Positions 9,698 through 21,385 of a DNA stretch of 33,698 nucleotides are shown here, one piece after another. Made by a program: the position numbers and the translations under genes. This DNA comes from Octopus bimaculoides. Lineage: Eukaryota. Position 1 is the first letter of the stretch, and each line of letters opens with the position of its first letter. Location: assembly GCF_001194135.2 (NCBI RefSeq), contig NC_068990.1, forward strand, positions 83,365,879-83,399,576, in the 5' to 3' direction. Below the pieces are notes generated by a model. That model searched no databases. It worked only from the letters and a program-made list of their open reading frames with translations, and had not been told where the DNA came from.

Positions 9698-10955
9698 CAC
9701 TATGTATATATAAAGAGGGAGAAAGAGAAAAAGACAGGCAGACAGACAGTGATTTTGTATGTTGATGTATTTCGAAATCGTTTTTTTTTGGTTTGTTTTT
9801 ATTTTGCTTTTTCTTTTGGTAATTGCTTGTAGTTCAAATGTGTCGTCACATGCTGTAATAGTTTTCCAGTATCACTTACGATAGTCATGCAGTAGATGCA
9901 TGTTTTTTTTTTTATTAACATAATAAGCGCAAACCCAAGCACACGCCATGGTTTCGCTTATCCTCTCTTATCGATGTGTATTTTGATATTCGAGGTGCTT
10001 TGTGATACGATTGCAGCTCTGTCTCTTCGCATCATCACAACACCAGTATCAGATATAACGATGTTCTCTGCTTGTTTTGTTTGTTTTAGTTCCATGAACG
10101 TGTTTGTTATCCATCAACGTTATGTTTGCATATATTTAAATTTGTTGTTTTCCTTTCTCTCTTTTGATATTTGGTATATATTTGTGAATGAAGTACTGGG
10201 TATATTCTCGATTATGTTCTCCATAATCTGTACAGAGCTCTACCTTTGAAAAGATAATAGCAGTACTTCTGGTTTTTATCTTCATTGCTTATGCGGTTTG
10301 TACTTTGCACCGTTTTATCTGAGGATTTTGTGAGTAATATGGTCTTTAGTAATCGGCTGAGTTATACTTGCGTTACAGAAATTCAAAATGTATGCTTTAT
10401 GCCGTCATTTTTCAGTCTTTTCACAAAGGATGTTGAACTACATGTTTCATTGCCTGGCTTTGTGTTAACGAACTTTTATCTCCCGATCGATATTCCAATT
10501 CTAACGTGGCCATCCCACCTTTTTCCACCATATTATATCTACGTTTTGTTTTTTGTTTGTTTGGTTGTTGTTGTTGTTTTGTTTTGTTTTTTTTTGTGGG
10601 GGTGTGCGTGTCTGTATTTAACCTATTTGTAGACGGTAATGTGAAGTTTAAAAAGAGAATTTAGCCGCTACATCGCCGAGACCCAGAAACCGCATAGTGT
10701 TTCCCACGCTCCTATATATAGCATTTGTGGATATATATATATATATATTATGCATGCATTTACACACACACACATACACACACACACTCTCACTCTCCCT
10801 CTTTTCTCTCTCTCTTTCTCTCTCTCACACACACATATATATAATACACAATATATAGGTATAACTAATCCGGTAGTACTCACCAAAATGGCTCTTTTAG
10901 TAGACCAGGCTACAAACTACATAATAGAACAATTAATTCCACGATCTTTTATACA

Positions 10956-10959
<4 letters not shown>

Positions 10960-11000
<41 letters not shown>

Positions 11001-11016
11001 TGTGTGTGTGTGTGTG
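10960..11016. repeat. (TG)n microsatellite; the (CA)n tail of the adjacent minus-strand SINE
   Basis: Read directly; abuts the 3' end of 11017-11325. Confidence 0.9.
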
Positions 11017-11325
11017 TTTGAAGGTTTCTCCTGTCGTTAGACGACGTATGAGAGTGTTCAGCAATTTCTTGACGGACAACCACACGGATGATTTGTTTAT
11101 AGTGATCAAATGTTTATGTAGACATAAGCTCCCTCCTTCCATCAAATCGACATTACCTGTACAGGTGTAACTGGGGGCCCCATGTCAGATGACGAAATGA
11201 TCGCAGAGCAACGTGAAATGAAGTGCTTTGCTCAAAACCACAACGCAGCGCGCGGCCTCGGAATCGAACCCACGATCTCGCAATCGTGAGTGCAACACCT
11301 TAACCACTGAGCCATGCGCCTTCAC
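11017..11325 (-). mobile_element. SINE family F, full length
   Basis: Reverse complement starts GGCGCATGGCTCAGTGGTTAAGG (A box)...GGTTCGATTCC (B box), has core GCGTTGTGGTTTTGAGCAAAGCACTT, and ends in a GTCGT-CTA-ACGAC stem-loop then (CA)n. Second copy at 21255. Confidence 0.85.
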
Positions 11326-11598
11326 ATATGTGTGTGTGTGTGTGTGTATGTGTGTAATTGAATCACTCTTTGGGTTCTTTGACCTTCTGACTCACTGTAT
11401 ACTGTGCCAATCGAAGAGAAAAAGAATGAAAAGAAGAGTGAATATGTGTAACATAACCAAATATCAAAGTTTTCTGACCGTTTGCGACCATCCAACCTGA
11501 ACGATTGACCTACATAGAAAATAAAAACGAACAACACGGGAACTTATTTATGCTCCAACCAACAAATCAGATGCAATGACCCAACTGCAGTTGGTGCA

Positions 11599-11670
11599 CC
11601 GGAAATTTTGATACTCGACAATAAACTTTTAAGAGAAGTTAAGTCTTTTTGTGTTTTTGAATGGCTAATA
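11599..11670 (+). pseudogene. Possible RTE-clade LINE reverse-transcriptase remnant
   Basis: Translates PEILILDNKLLREVKSFCVFEWLI, resembling the RT motif PxIxIxGxxLExVxxFxYLGSxI. Short, and lacks the YLG core. Confidence 0.3.
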
Positions 11671-11689
11671 CGCTGCAATCGTGTGTATA

Positions 11690-11890
11690 CACATACATAC
11701 ATACATACATACATACATACATACATACACACACACTCACATATACATACATACATACATACATACATACATACATACATGTTGATGTTGAAATTCCAAT
11801 GGAGCCTTGAATTTAGGTAAGAAACCGGCTCTTTCTCTATTGACAAGAAATCTTGAAATAAAACTGAACAATGTCATACATACATACATA
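11690..11890. repeat. (CATA)n microsatellite split by a 94-bp unique segment (11781-11874)
   Basis: CATA repeats on both sides of the insert, read directly. Confidence 0.85.
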
Positions 11891-12829
11891 TCATTTAATG
11901 TACACTGTATAAGGATAACGATTACAAATAGTTTCTTGCTATGAAGACATGTGACTCGGCAGGTTTTTTTATAATGCTAGCCACATATGTTCATAACGAA
12001 AAACTATTCGTAGCTCTTATTTAAATACTGTGTACGTTAAATGATATTTATCTCTCACTGGACGGAATACTTTTTTTTATTGATCATACTTTAGCAGAAC
12101 AGTAAACTATACTAACCATACGTATATACATACATGCATGCATACATTTACTCTCATACATGTCTGTGAATGTGTGTGTGTATTTATATATGCGTGCATG
12201 TACACACATGCGCCGGTGAATCTTAGTGTACTTTCCACCAACACATTTTCTCAGGTACAAGAATAGCCAATGTTGAACCGATTGACCAGGGCGACAAACA
12301 CCATCAGAATTTGGTTGAACGGTTGATTTAATCGGTGAGCATCATTCAATGATCCAAACTTATGGCTGTTGGCTGTATTTTGACCGAAGCTGAAGCTATT
12401 TCCAGGCTGAACACATGCTTATGCAACGGAGAGCACGTATTTCAGCCATCTTTCGATATAATGAGATATAATGAATAAACTGACATACTTCAATCTACGC
12501 CATAACATTACTCAGCTTACTGGCGAAGCTAATGTAGTAAGAGGACCGTTGTTTGTGCGTGTATGCATATANNNNNNNNNNNNNNNNNNNNNNNNNNNNN
12601 NNNNNNNNNNNNNNATATATATGTGTGTGTGATTATGTATGTGCAAATATTTGTCTTTGTAAGTGTGTGTGTGTGTGTGTGTGCGCGCGTTGTGTGCCTG
12701 TGCATTCACGTGGGAGTGTTTCTTTCTCATTTTCACTTTCGCTTTCTCACATTGTCTTCCGCATCTTTCCCTCTTTTTATCTTCCTCTTCCCTGTCTCAC
12801 TGTCTGTTTCACTCCTCTCTTTCTCTCTC

Positions 12830-12837
12830 TCCCTCTC

Positions 12838-12882
<45 letters not shown>
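12830..12882. repeat. (CT)n microsatellite
   Basis: Read directly. Confidence 0.95.
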
Positions 12883-12888
<6 letters not shown>

Positions 12889-13350
12889 TTGTCACTCTCT
12901 ACCTCTCTCATCTCCTCTTCCTTCTCTCTTATACACTTCTACACTAGGCGACCATAACTTCAATTCTCTAAATTCTGCCACATTATTGGTTTCTGTCTAA
13001 TATTTATCTATTTCCAATTACAACATCCTTACAATCTGGAAAACCATAAGATGGCTGAGACAGGTGGATCACATAGCGCCATGGTTTAAACACTGTTCTC
13101 CCTTAAAAGGGTTTTCTTTTCTACAATGAGACAGTAGACAAACCATCATATTCTCTTCAATGTTCCAGTTTACCGAGAGGATGGTCAGAGGTACTAGGGA
13201 AATTTATCTGACAGAGCCCAACGTCTAATGCAAAACAACATATAGCTCAGACAAATGATGTCATGATTCCAGAGCTAAAACCCAGCCTTTAATGACAGGT
13301 CCTTAAGGTTGTTGCTCAACATGCTAGAAAAAGCAACTAAGTCTCCCTTA

Positions 13351-13414
13351 AGGAGGTTCTCCAGCATTGCCGCAGTCCAGTGACTGAAACAAGTAAAAGA
13401 ATAAAAGAGTAAAA
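13351..13414 (+). mobile_element. SINE family B 3' tail fragment
   Basis: CTCCAGCATTGCCGCAGTCCAGTGACTGAAACAAGTAAAAGAATAAAAGAG matches the B tail. Confidence 0.75.
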
Positions 13415-13984
13415 TGACTGGTCTTATATAAGGAATAGACACGTTGTGTATTGTATGCTTAGATATAATCCAACGGGTGGAATAGTTTTAATACGAGTGG
13501 AATACTTTGAATCATAGGTTAACATGATCAGGGTTGACTTGGCGATAAAAAATATATACTTCTCAGACCGTAGTGTAGTTAGACATTTATGATGTTGAAC
13601 ATTATTTACAGTTTGGATCGTTAGCATAGCTTCAGTTTGTTTTTTAATGCGTTCAAAATAATATTAATAAACTAATGAGCTGCATTCCAGCTTCCACTCA
13701 AACCGACCTTTCGTTATCATGATGAATCAATCTTTCATTATCTTCCCTACAAGATTTCTTTATTAAACCAAATCGTTCCTACTTGGAATCTTAATTTTCT
13801 GGAATTGCATTTCCTCCTGCGTTTTTTCCTGCAGACATACATATGTTCAATATACAGATGATTGTCAACTGTTTCAACCTTATTAGACTAAGGAGCAATG
13901 CCACTTCCCCTCTCTTCTTACTAAGACCGTAATATGTGTGTGCGTGTATATATGTATGTATGTATGTATGCATGCATGTATGTA

Positions 13985-14193
13985 CAAGAGGGTATTGAGA
14001 AGTTCCTGGATTTAAGGGTATCACGAAAGGCCTGGCGGAGACCCAACCTTCCGAGTTCTTTTACAGAGCTTAGAAAAACTGAAGGGTCGCTGCAATAAGT
14101 GTGTGAATCTGAGAGGAAAATATGTTTAATAATTAACTGATCCTCCTGTATTTTCTTTAACCGAACACCAGGAACTTTTCAGTACCCCCTTCG
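13985..14193 (+). mobile_element. Mariner-derived MITE (209 bp) carrying a transposase C-terminal remnant
   Basis: TA|CAAGAGGGTATTGAGAAGTTCCTGG ... CCAGGAACTTTTCAGTACCCCCTTCG|TA imperfect TIRs. Internal LEKLKGRCNKCVNLRGKYV* resembles the mariner C-terminus GIxKLxxRWxKCxxxxGxY. Related half-copy at 32710-32800. Confidence 0.85.
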
Positions 14194-14439
14194 TATACAG
14201 GGTAGTCCAGAAGTCTCTTTAGTATTTAAATAACGTATAAAGTTTTCATCTTTTTATGTATATTGTAACAATTTTTATCGATATGTTTATTTTTTTGTTA
14301 TTCCCATTACATCAAAGATGACGCAACATAAGAGTTATCCCATTCAGTTTTCTGCCTGCTGAGATCTGGGGTGATCTGAGTGCTTGGCAGTGTGAAAGGA
14401 AGAGTAGTATGCTAGATAACCCGAAAATGGGAGGTATGA

Positions 14440-14960
14440 GGGGAGTAGATAAGGGGAGACGCGACGTGTACTATGAATCTCAAATGCCCTTGTTAACCTA
14501 TTTATATTATCACTAAAAGAACTTTTGAACCACTCTGTATTTTGTCTGCTCACCTGGTTTCGAGGAATAGGTACCAGATTATTTTGGGACTTTGCTATCG
14601 CCAGGTGTATATCCTGCCCAATAGTATGTTTGTCTCACATTTGATCAATGCTTGAATCATGAAATACGTGTCAAACTCATAAAAGTTATCTCAGAGGTTA
14701 GCATGCATTTACATTGGTAATATTGAATGCCCTCCTTATGTCAATCAGGGGATAGGCAATGTTCTTTGCCTGACATTCTACATCGATGAACCTGAGAATG
14801 GGGCTGACACCCAGCTTGCACACCTGCAGCGAGGTCTTTGTCTGAAGAGGAAAATATAAGGGAGGAGAATATGAGACGTCTAGCCCAAATGATTGCAATA
14901 AATTCACCACAGACAGCCAAATACTTGGTGTGATGGCGTTAAACATGAAGTGTATTATGT
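14440..14960 (-). pseudogene. Highly decayed non-LTR (RTE-like) reverse-transcriptase fossil
   Basis: Minus-strand PSIWLSVV...FPLQ...ILRFIDVECQAKNIAYPLIDIRRAF parallels RPISLLSVV...LPEEQ...LRQIIEKCxEKN...FIDxxKAFD with similar spacing. Downstream LTRAFEIHSTRRVSPYLLPSYL parallels FEIxxGVRQGxxLSPxLF but lies about 30 codons too far away. Confidence 0.45.
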
Positions 14961-15830
14961 TCACCATTTATGTTCACCATTTGAGGTCAGATGTGATGGT
15001 ATGTAGCCAGGCGATTTGTCAGCCTATCATCCAATGAAAAGCAAGAGATGCGAAATCGTACCGCATATTAAGACTACCACCCAACAACCAGACGCTGATT
15101 TAAATTCCCCTAAAGTTATATATACATTCAATGCTGCGATAATCCGTAGATCTACATCTATGTACAGTAATGAAATATCCAAAATGTTTCAGGAACAAAA
15201 AAATAATCCATAAAATAAAAACAATAAAGAAATACAAAATAATTAATTTTCTTTTGTAATGAAGAAACACCGGGAAGTTTAAGTTTCGAAAATGGTCTTT
15301 TACCAAAAAAAAGAAAGACAGAGAATAAATAATGGAAGACAATTCCGTGGAAGCACTGTTTATGATGAAAGTCATGTTTTTTGTAGGAAATACTTTTGCA
15401 GAAAATGCTTTTGGAAACCAGTCAAAGCAATAATGAGGATGAAATATTTGTGGAGATACTGTCTGCATAGAAGCTAATTTCATTATCGTCATTATAAACT
15501 CATTTTTTACAAAAGATTATTTTCTTTCCTTCGCTGATTGTTTTCTTATTGATAAAACACTTCCCGAATCGGCGAACTTTGTCTTGCTTCTTCATCACCG
15601 CGAAAATACAATTGCTTTGTATTCCTGTTTTGTTGTTGGTGTTGTTTGTTTGTTTACTCTTTCTGTTGTTTTTTTTTTAACATTTCTAATATTTCATCCA
15701 CGGAAGATATTATGTTGTCATTGGTTTTTGTTGATATCTTAAATCAAGTAAGCTCTGATTGGATGTTCCTACGACCAAACACATTCCTGCCTTGGCTTCC
15801 ACGTTTTGTAGGACCAGATTGTCCACATGT

Positions 15831-16218
15831 TGTTGTTGTTGGCACTCCGTCGCTTACGACGTCGAGGGTTCCAGTTGATCCGACCAACGGAACAGCCTGC
15901 TCGGGAAATTAACATGCAAGTGGCTGAGCACTCCACAGACATTTGTACCCTAAATGTAGTTCTCGGGGATATTCAGCGTGACACAGTGTGACAAGGCTGA
16001 CCCTTTGAATTATTGGTACAACAGAAACAGGAAGAAAAAGTGAGAGAAAGTTGTGGTGGAAGAGTACAGCAGGGTTCGCCACCATTCCCTGCCGGAGCCT
16101 CGTGGAGCTTTAGGTGTTTTTGCTCAATAAACACTCACAACGCCCGGTCTGGGAATCGAAACCACGATCTTATGACCGCGAGTCCGTTGCCCTAACCACT
16201 GGGCCATTGCGCCTCCAC
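15831..16218 (-). mobile_element. SINE family E, full length, with 11-bp TSD
   Basis: TSD TGTCCACATGT at 15820-15830 and 16219-16229. tRNA-like head GGAGGCGCAATGGCCCAGTGGTTAGGG...TTTCGATTCC and (CAA)n tail. Confidence 0.95.
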
Positions 16219-16757
16219 TGTCCACATGTAAACTGTAATTTAAGGGTATTTGGCTATTTATTCTAACAAGACAAACGACTACGTAGAGGCTCCTTCTTTT
16301 GTTCATAAGAGCATTGTATTAAAGTGGGTGCCATGTTGGTGTCAAGACCAAGGAAGTATACGCTATTTCTTTTCCTTTTTCCCTGTACTCAAAAGGATAC
16401 AAATCCTTGCATGAATTAATACTTTATTTCAGATAAATTATTTTGTTATCAATGGAGAAAATTACAAGACGACTCTCTCCTAATTTTCAGCAAACATGCA
16501 GGGATATTTGCGGAGCTATTATCGTCCTTCATACTGGCTGATAATTTCTCTCATTTGCATATCTCTTCAGTTGTCTGTTTCTTTTTTTCTTTGTTTCATT
16601 TTGCTTTTTTTTTTTTAATGTCATTCAATTTCGAACAAAAATCCGACACATTTATAATCTTGAGAGGTTGACATCCTATTTTTCCTTCGATATCTCTTTA
16701 TCTGTTTCGTTCTATCTTTATTTGTCTGTTTCTCATTTTTTCTTGCATGTTCTCTCC

Positions 16758-16758
<1 letters not shown>

Positions 16759-16797
<39 letters not shown>

Positions 16798-17000
16798 NNN
16801 NNNNNNNNNNNNNNNNNNNNNNNNNNNNNNNNNNNNNNNNNNNNNNNNNNNNNNNNNNNNNNNNNNNNNNNNNNNNNNNNNNNNNNNNNNNNNNNNNNNN
16901 NNNNNNNNNNNNNNNNNNNNNNNNNNNNNNNNNNNNNNNNNNNNNNNNNNNNNNNNNNNNNNNNNNNNNNNNNNNNNNNNNNNNNNNNNNNNNNTCTCTC
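16759..17000. repeat. (CT)n microsatellite spanning N gap 16798-16994
   Basis: Read directly. Confidence 0.9.
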
Positions 17001-17199
17001 TCGTACATTTTTTTATCGCCTTATTTTTACCCACTCGCCCTGTCATTCCTTAAATCTGCCGTTACGTCTCTTTGTTTCATTCTTTGCCTAGTCTAGTTTT
17101 GCCTAGATCATTTTGTCTTGCTATCTGTCACTCAATCTATCGACTAATCTATCTGCCAGTCTGACTATCTATTAACCAACCAACCAGTCAGCCGATCAA

Positions 17200-17342
17200 T
17201 ATATCTATCTACCTATCTATTTGTCTACCTACCTACCGACCTATCTAGTTATCTATCTATCTATCTATATATATCTATCTACATACCCATCTATCTATCT
17301 GTCTATCTATCTATCTATGTATTATGTATCTATCTATCTACA
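17200..17342. repeat. (CTAT)n-type microsatellite
   Basis: Read directly. Confidence 0.9.
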
Positions 17343-17346
17343 TACC

Positions 17347-17574
17347 CTTCCACCACCTTCCTTTAAACGGGAAGGAAAAACGGTTTTCGTAACACTGATA
17401 GCTATGGCGAAAGAATGCGCGTGGTGGACGCGTTTGAAAGGTTTACAGACAAACACTTTCCTCTCTGGTCAGTCTCTCGTCAACTTTTTCAAGTACCACT
17501 TGAAAAGGAGGATGAGAATAGAGAGGAAAGTATTATCGAATGAATGTTTCAATAAAAAATGGGTAAATGTGTAA
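17347..17574 (+). pseudogene. 3' end of a Tx1/L1-clade non-LTR retrotransposon ORF2 (5'-truncated)
   Basis: Uninterrupted frame ...VFVTLIAMAKECAWWTRLKGLQTNTFLSGQSLVNFFKYHLKRRMRIERKVLSNECFNKKWVNV*. Fits the Tx1-type C-terminal pattern LLxxAKxxIWxxR...LxxRxRxE...FxxxW. Confidence 0.6.
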
Positions 17575-18099
17575 AGACGGCACCAGTTTAAGCATAAACA
17601 CGTAAGGAAAAGAGACAAAGATGTAAAGGAGAGAGTGGGAAGTACATTTTGATAGGAGATCATGTAGCATTTGCATCCTATTTACGTTGCTTGAAGGTTT
17701 TCTTGTGACTAAGCAATATTCTTTGTGCATACGATGATGTTAATTTAGGATTCAGACGTAAACTAACTGGAACTGTTAACTATTCTAAAGGGAAAAGAGG
17801 AGATAATTTCAAGAAATTAAGACTTAATCACTCAACGTTAAATTATATGCTTCGGCTTAGGAAAGTTCGACCACTGTTTGCAACCCAGGAACAACTACCG
17901 ACTTGTTTTGTTCTGTTAGACTTCATCAGCTTAGTTTAGTTTACTCAAGCCTACCTGATTGACAAAGATTGAAAAGACAGGCTTCTGTAGTCAATCTATG
18001 AAGAAGAGTTGCGAATTATTTTTGATCTCCATAATATTTGAAAATGTTTACTTAATGGCTTCAACTGCTTTAATAACTTCATTCATGAATAATAAAATA

Positions 18100-18240
18100 C
18101 TGGATGATTGAGAAGTAGTTGGAAGAAGATCGTCACGTAATCCTCAGAGATGTTGCAAAGAAATATTCAATATATTTAAACATGATAGTATTTTCTTAAA
18201 ATTCTTGGATCAGTTTACAAGAGATTCAGTATGGTTTCGG
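18100..18240 (+). pseudogene. Possible mariner transposase remnant (second HTH to WVPH region)
   Basis: LEEDRHVILRDVAKKYSI (18119-18172) resembles VEEDRxxTxREIAxxLxI, with a degenerate K-R-F-x-V-W-like stretch downstream. Stops and frameshifts; no TIR found. Confidence 0.3.
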
Positions 18241-18433
18241 TTTTATCATTTCTGTTCGTGATGTGGAACAGGTGTTCAAGTAGTTTTATAATTAACTCCC
18301 CGGTTATTTTACTATTTTGCAGAAAATTTACAATAGTTACAAAAATAAACACAATGGACTTGTTATTTATGAATATTCTAGAGAGAAAAAAAATTGGCTT
18401 TTATTCTTTTTCTCTCGCTCTCTTCCTAAATTT

Positions 18434-18613
18434 CTCTCTCTCTCTCTNNNNNNNNNNNNNNNNNNNNNNNNNNNNNNNNNNNNNNNNNNNNNNNNNNNNN
18501 NNNNNNNNNNNNNNNNNNNNNNNNNNNNNNNNNNNNNNNNNNNNNNNNNNNNNNNNNNNNNNNNNNNNNNNNNNNNNNNNNNNNNNNNNNNNNNNNNNNN
18601 NNNNNNNNNNNNN

Positions 18614-18646
<33 letters not shown>

Positions 18647-18684
18647 TGCATGTATGTATGTATGTATGTATGTATGTATGTATG
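18434..18684. repeat. (CT)n, N gap (18448-18613), (TA)n and (TATG)n compound microsatellite
   Basis: Read directly. Confidence 0.9.
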
Positions 18685-19061
18685 CATTACTAAGGTATGT
18701 AACAGATAGATATAACATACTTCAACCGCGTGTTCCAGAACAATCTTTAACTGTACAGATAAGATAATTGACCTTTTTCTTCCGTTTTATTTTTATTTTT
18801 ACGGCTAAAAGCTACTTAGGCAGATAGATACCCTATCACGAGTACATTGTTAGTTTGATGAAAGTGTTCTATCTATGCCTCTTCATACACATTGTTACAT
18901 AGTTGTCTTTAGTAAACAAAGTCCAAACAACAAAACCACAGCAACGTAGAAACAAAACAGCAAAGTCCTAATAGGGAATATATTCTGCAGGACAAAAGAG
19001 TCTGTTGTTCTGTATTAGGTCATCGATCTAATTTATATTAATTGGATGACCTAGTAATTGT

Positions 19062-19220
19062 TTCTAATTTAGGCACAAAGCCAGTAATTTTATAAAAAGG
19101 GTACTTAGTTGACTACATTCATCCCTCCAACCCGCCCCACTCACTAGTTGATTTTGTACTTTTATTTCATCGACCGCCGGAAGTAGGGAAGGCAAAGTTG
19201 AGCTCGGCGGAATTTGAACC
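19062..19220 (-). mobile_element. Degenerate SINE family A
   Basis: GGCAAAGTTGAGCTCGGCGGAATTTGAAC and AGGCACAAAGCC match the reverse complement of the A core and tail 2. Confidence 0.7.
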
Positions 19221-19400
19221 GCCCCGATGAATGACGTAAAAATGAACATCATTCAACACGAGCCAACGAAGAGACTTCTATGTGGTCGTTCGAGAAGTAG
19301 CTATGTCTTCCTCAAATCGACCTTCCGTCTTAAACATTAGTTATTGTAGCATATCAGGAGGATCATTATACCAATAAATAAACACGCGCGTGCGCTCACA

Positions 19401-19532
19401 CACCACCATCTCCTGCCGGAGCCTTAGGTGTTTTCGCTCAATAAACACTCACAACGCCCGGTCTGGGAATCGAAACCGTTATCCTACGACCGCGAGTCCG
19501 CTGCCCTAACCACTGGGCCATTGCGTCTCCAC
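19401..19532 (-). mobile_element. SINE family E, 5' third only, with a small internal deletion
   Basis: Aligns with 27345-27479 except for about 11 missing bases around CGTGGAGCTT. Confidence 0.92.
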
Positions 19533-19614
19533 TCATTGGATGGAATACTTTAACGGAACAGTAAACTTTCTCTCTATGAATCTATCTATATGCATACATA
19601 CATACATATATATA

Positions 19615-19769
19615 TAATCCCAGTGTTGACTACTAATTTGTGATATTGGCTTCACAAAAGGATGAAATAAAGAGTTGACCTCGACGCGATATGAACTCAG
19701 AATGTTACGAATCGTAACCTGGCGCTGCCAATCATTTGTGCATCATTCTAATGATTCTGCCAATCCACC
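19615..19769 (-). mobile_element. Degenerate SINE family A
   Basis: AAGGATGAAA...GTTGACCTCG...TGAACTCAGAATG...ATGATTCTGCCAATCCACC parallels 30020-30133. Confidence 0.6.
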
Positions 19770-20949
19770 ATCTTTCGAGAATTTTTGTGCCGATAAGATG
19801 ATACCAATGGCTGACCGACCCTTCGACTTATAGTCTGTCTGATTCTAATATCACGTCATCCACATAAAGCTTCCTATACAGAAGTAGACCAATAATCAAT
19901 TAACACGAATGGAAAAGCAAAATGTTTTCAAAATAATATATATTGAAACTAAAAACATGAAAATAAAAATTAAAAAAAAACATCGAAACTGGCATTAGCT
20001 GAAACCTAAGTAACACAATTATGTCTGGCAGACAGCAATAAAATGTAGTTGAGTTTATTGCTGATGCAATTTATAATATAACGATTGATTAGCTCAACCG
20101 TGGTTTTGTAACAGTGCAGACAGCAATAAATAAACTCTAACTACGTTAAACCACTTCAAATATATTCCATACACAATATGGCTGATGGTAGTGTCTGTGA
20201 ACATTTATCTCCCTTGTTTTTAGCTTTTCTTTTTTTTTTATAGCTCTAGATATTTTGACTCTACATCAATTAGTTTCAAAATTCTGTAATGTGTATTCAC
20301 TATTATTATATCGGAATGATAAGTTTATGTTTTCTTCAATTTGTTTGTTATTATAGCTGTAAGATTATGGTTGACTCAATTAAAAAATGTCTGGGATACT
20401 AACCGAAAGATTGTTTTTCATATATTTATTGGGGTGCTGCACTGTGCCACTGAATTGATAATGATCTGTTCCATCTAGGAACCATTTCTACATTTATAAA
20501 ATAAATAAGAACAACGTTCCAACAGAGAGATACTTCTATAAGTAACGAAGAAAACTCCTGTAAAGTGTATGTATAAAAGAAAGAGAACTGGAGCATGTAA
20601 ATTGAAAATTGGTTTCACAAATTAATACGAGAGAGGAATTATTCTATATAATGCCTGTATCGTCAGAAATCTATTATCGACGTAAGTAAACTTCCTTCAA
20701 TCCGGAATCTTTTGATGGCTTGCAAACTCGAATTAATGGAAGCTAATATTTTGCTCTCCGATTCTCGATTCTACTAATGAGTTGTTGTATTAAGCACTAT
20801 CAGATCTCGGTCGAGATATGATAGTGTAAATAGTACTAAACTCATCTAGTCTAATTTGAAAATCGAAATCACAATTTTCAAGTAGCAAACCCTCACACAC
20901 ACACATATGTGCATGTGTGAGGATATATATATATATGTATATATATAGA

Positions 20950-20983
20950 GAGAGAGACAGACAGATAGATAGACAGACAGATG

Positions 20984-21040
<57 letters not shown>

Positions 21041-21057
21041 GTAGATAGATAGATAAG

Positions 21058-21096
<39 letters not shown>
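20950..21096. repeat. (GATA)n microsatellite
   Basis: Read directly. Confidence 0.97.
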
Positions 21097-21254
21097 CCAT
21101 AGAAAAATATATGAGAAGTAGGAAGTAAGGGAGATATTTTTCACTTATCATTTATATAAAGACATAGAAATGTCTGAATTTTTCTCAGGAAATGAGACAG
21201 AATAGTGCTAAAATTATTTTATCTTTCTATGTGTGCGTGCGTGTATGTATACAA

Positions 21255-21385
21255 GACGCGTGGCCTAGTTGTCAGGGTGTTGCACTCACGATCGCAAGAT
21301 CGTGGTTTCAATACCTAGGCTAGGTGGTGCGTTGTGTTCTTCAGCAAAACACTTCATCTCACGTTGCCTCTATCAGTCCACCACT
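21255..21385 (+). mobile_element. SINE family F, 5' part
   Basis: GCGTGGCCTAGTTGTCAGGGTGTTGCACTCACGATCGCAAGATCGTGG...GCGTTGTGTTCTTCAGCAAAACACTTCATCTCACGTTGC matches the reverse complement of 11205-11325. Confidence 0.8.

Noticed and set aside
9896-10632. Two hydrophobic ORFs (117 and 115 aa) resembling membrane proteins
   Set aside because: Hydrophobicity follows from T-rich DNA; no family motifs or exon boundaries.
12250-12530. Minus-strand MAEIRALRCIS resembling RTE AEMRxLR, and a plus-strand acceptor at about 12254
   Set aside because: Too short and degenerate to separate from chance.
13700-13760. Minus-strand LIHHDNER resembling mariner HHDNARPH
   Set aside because: Flanking motifs (YSPDL, W-x-P) are absent.
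20651-20687. ATG...C|GTAAGT mini first exon (MPVSSEIYYR)
   Set aside because: GTAAGT is expected by chance every few kb; no promoter signals or linked exon.
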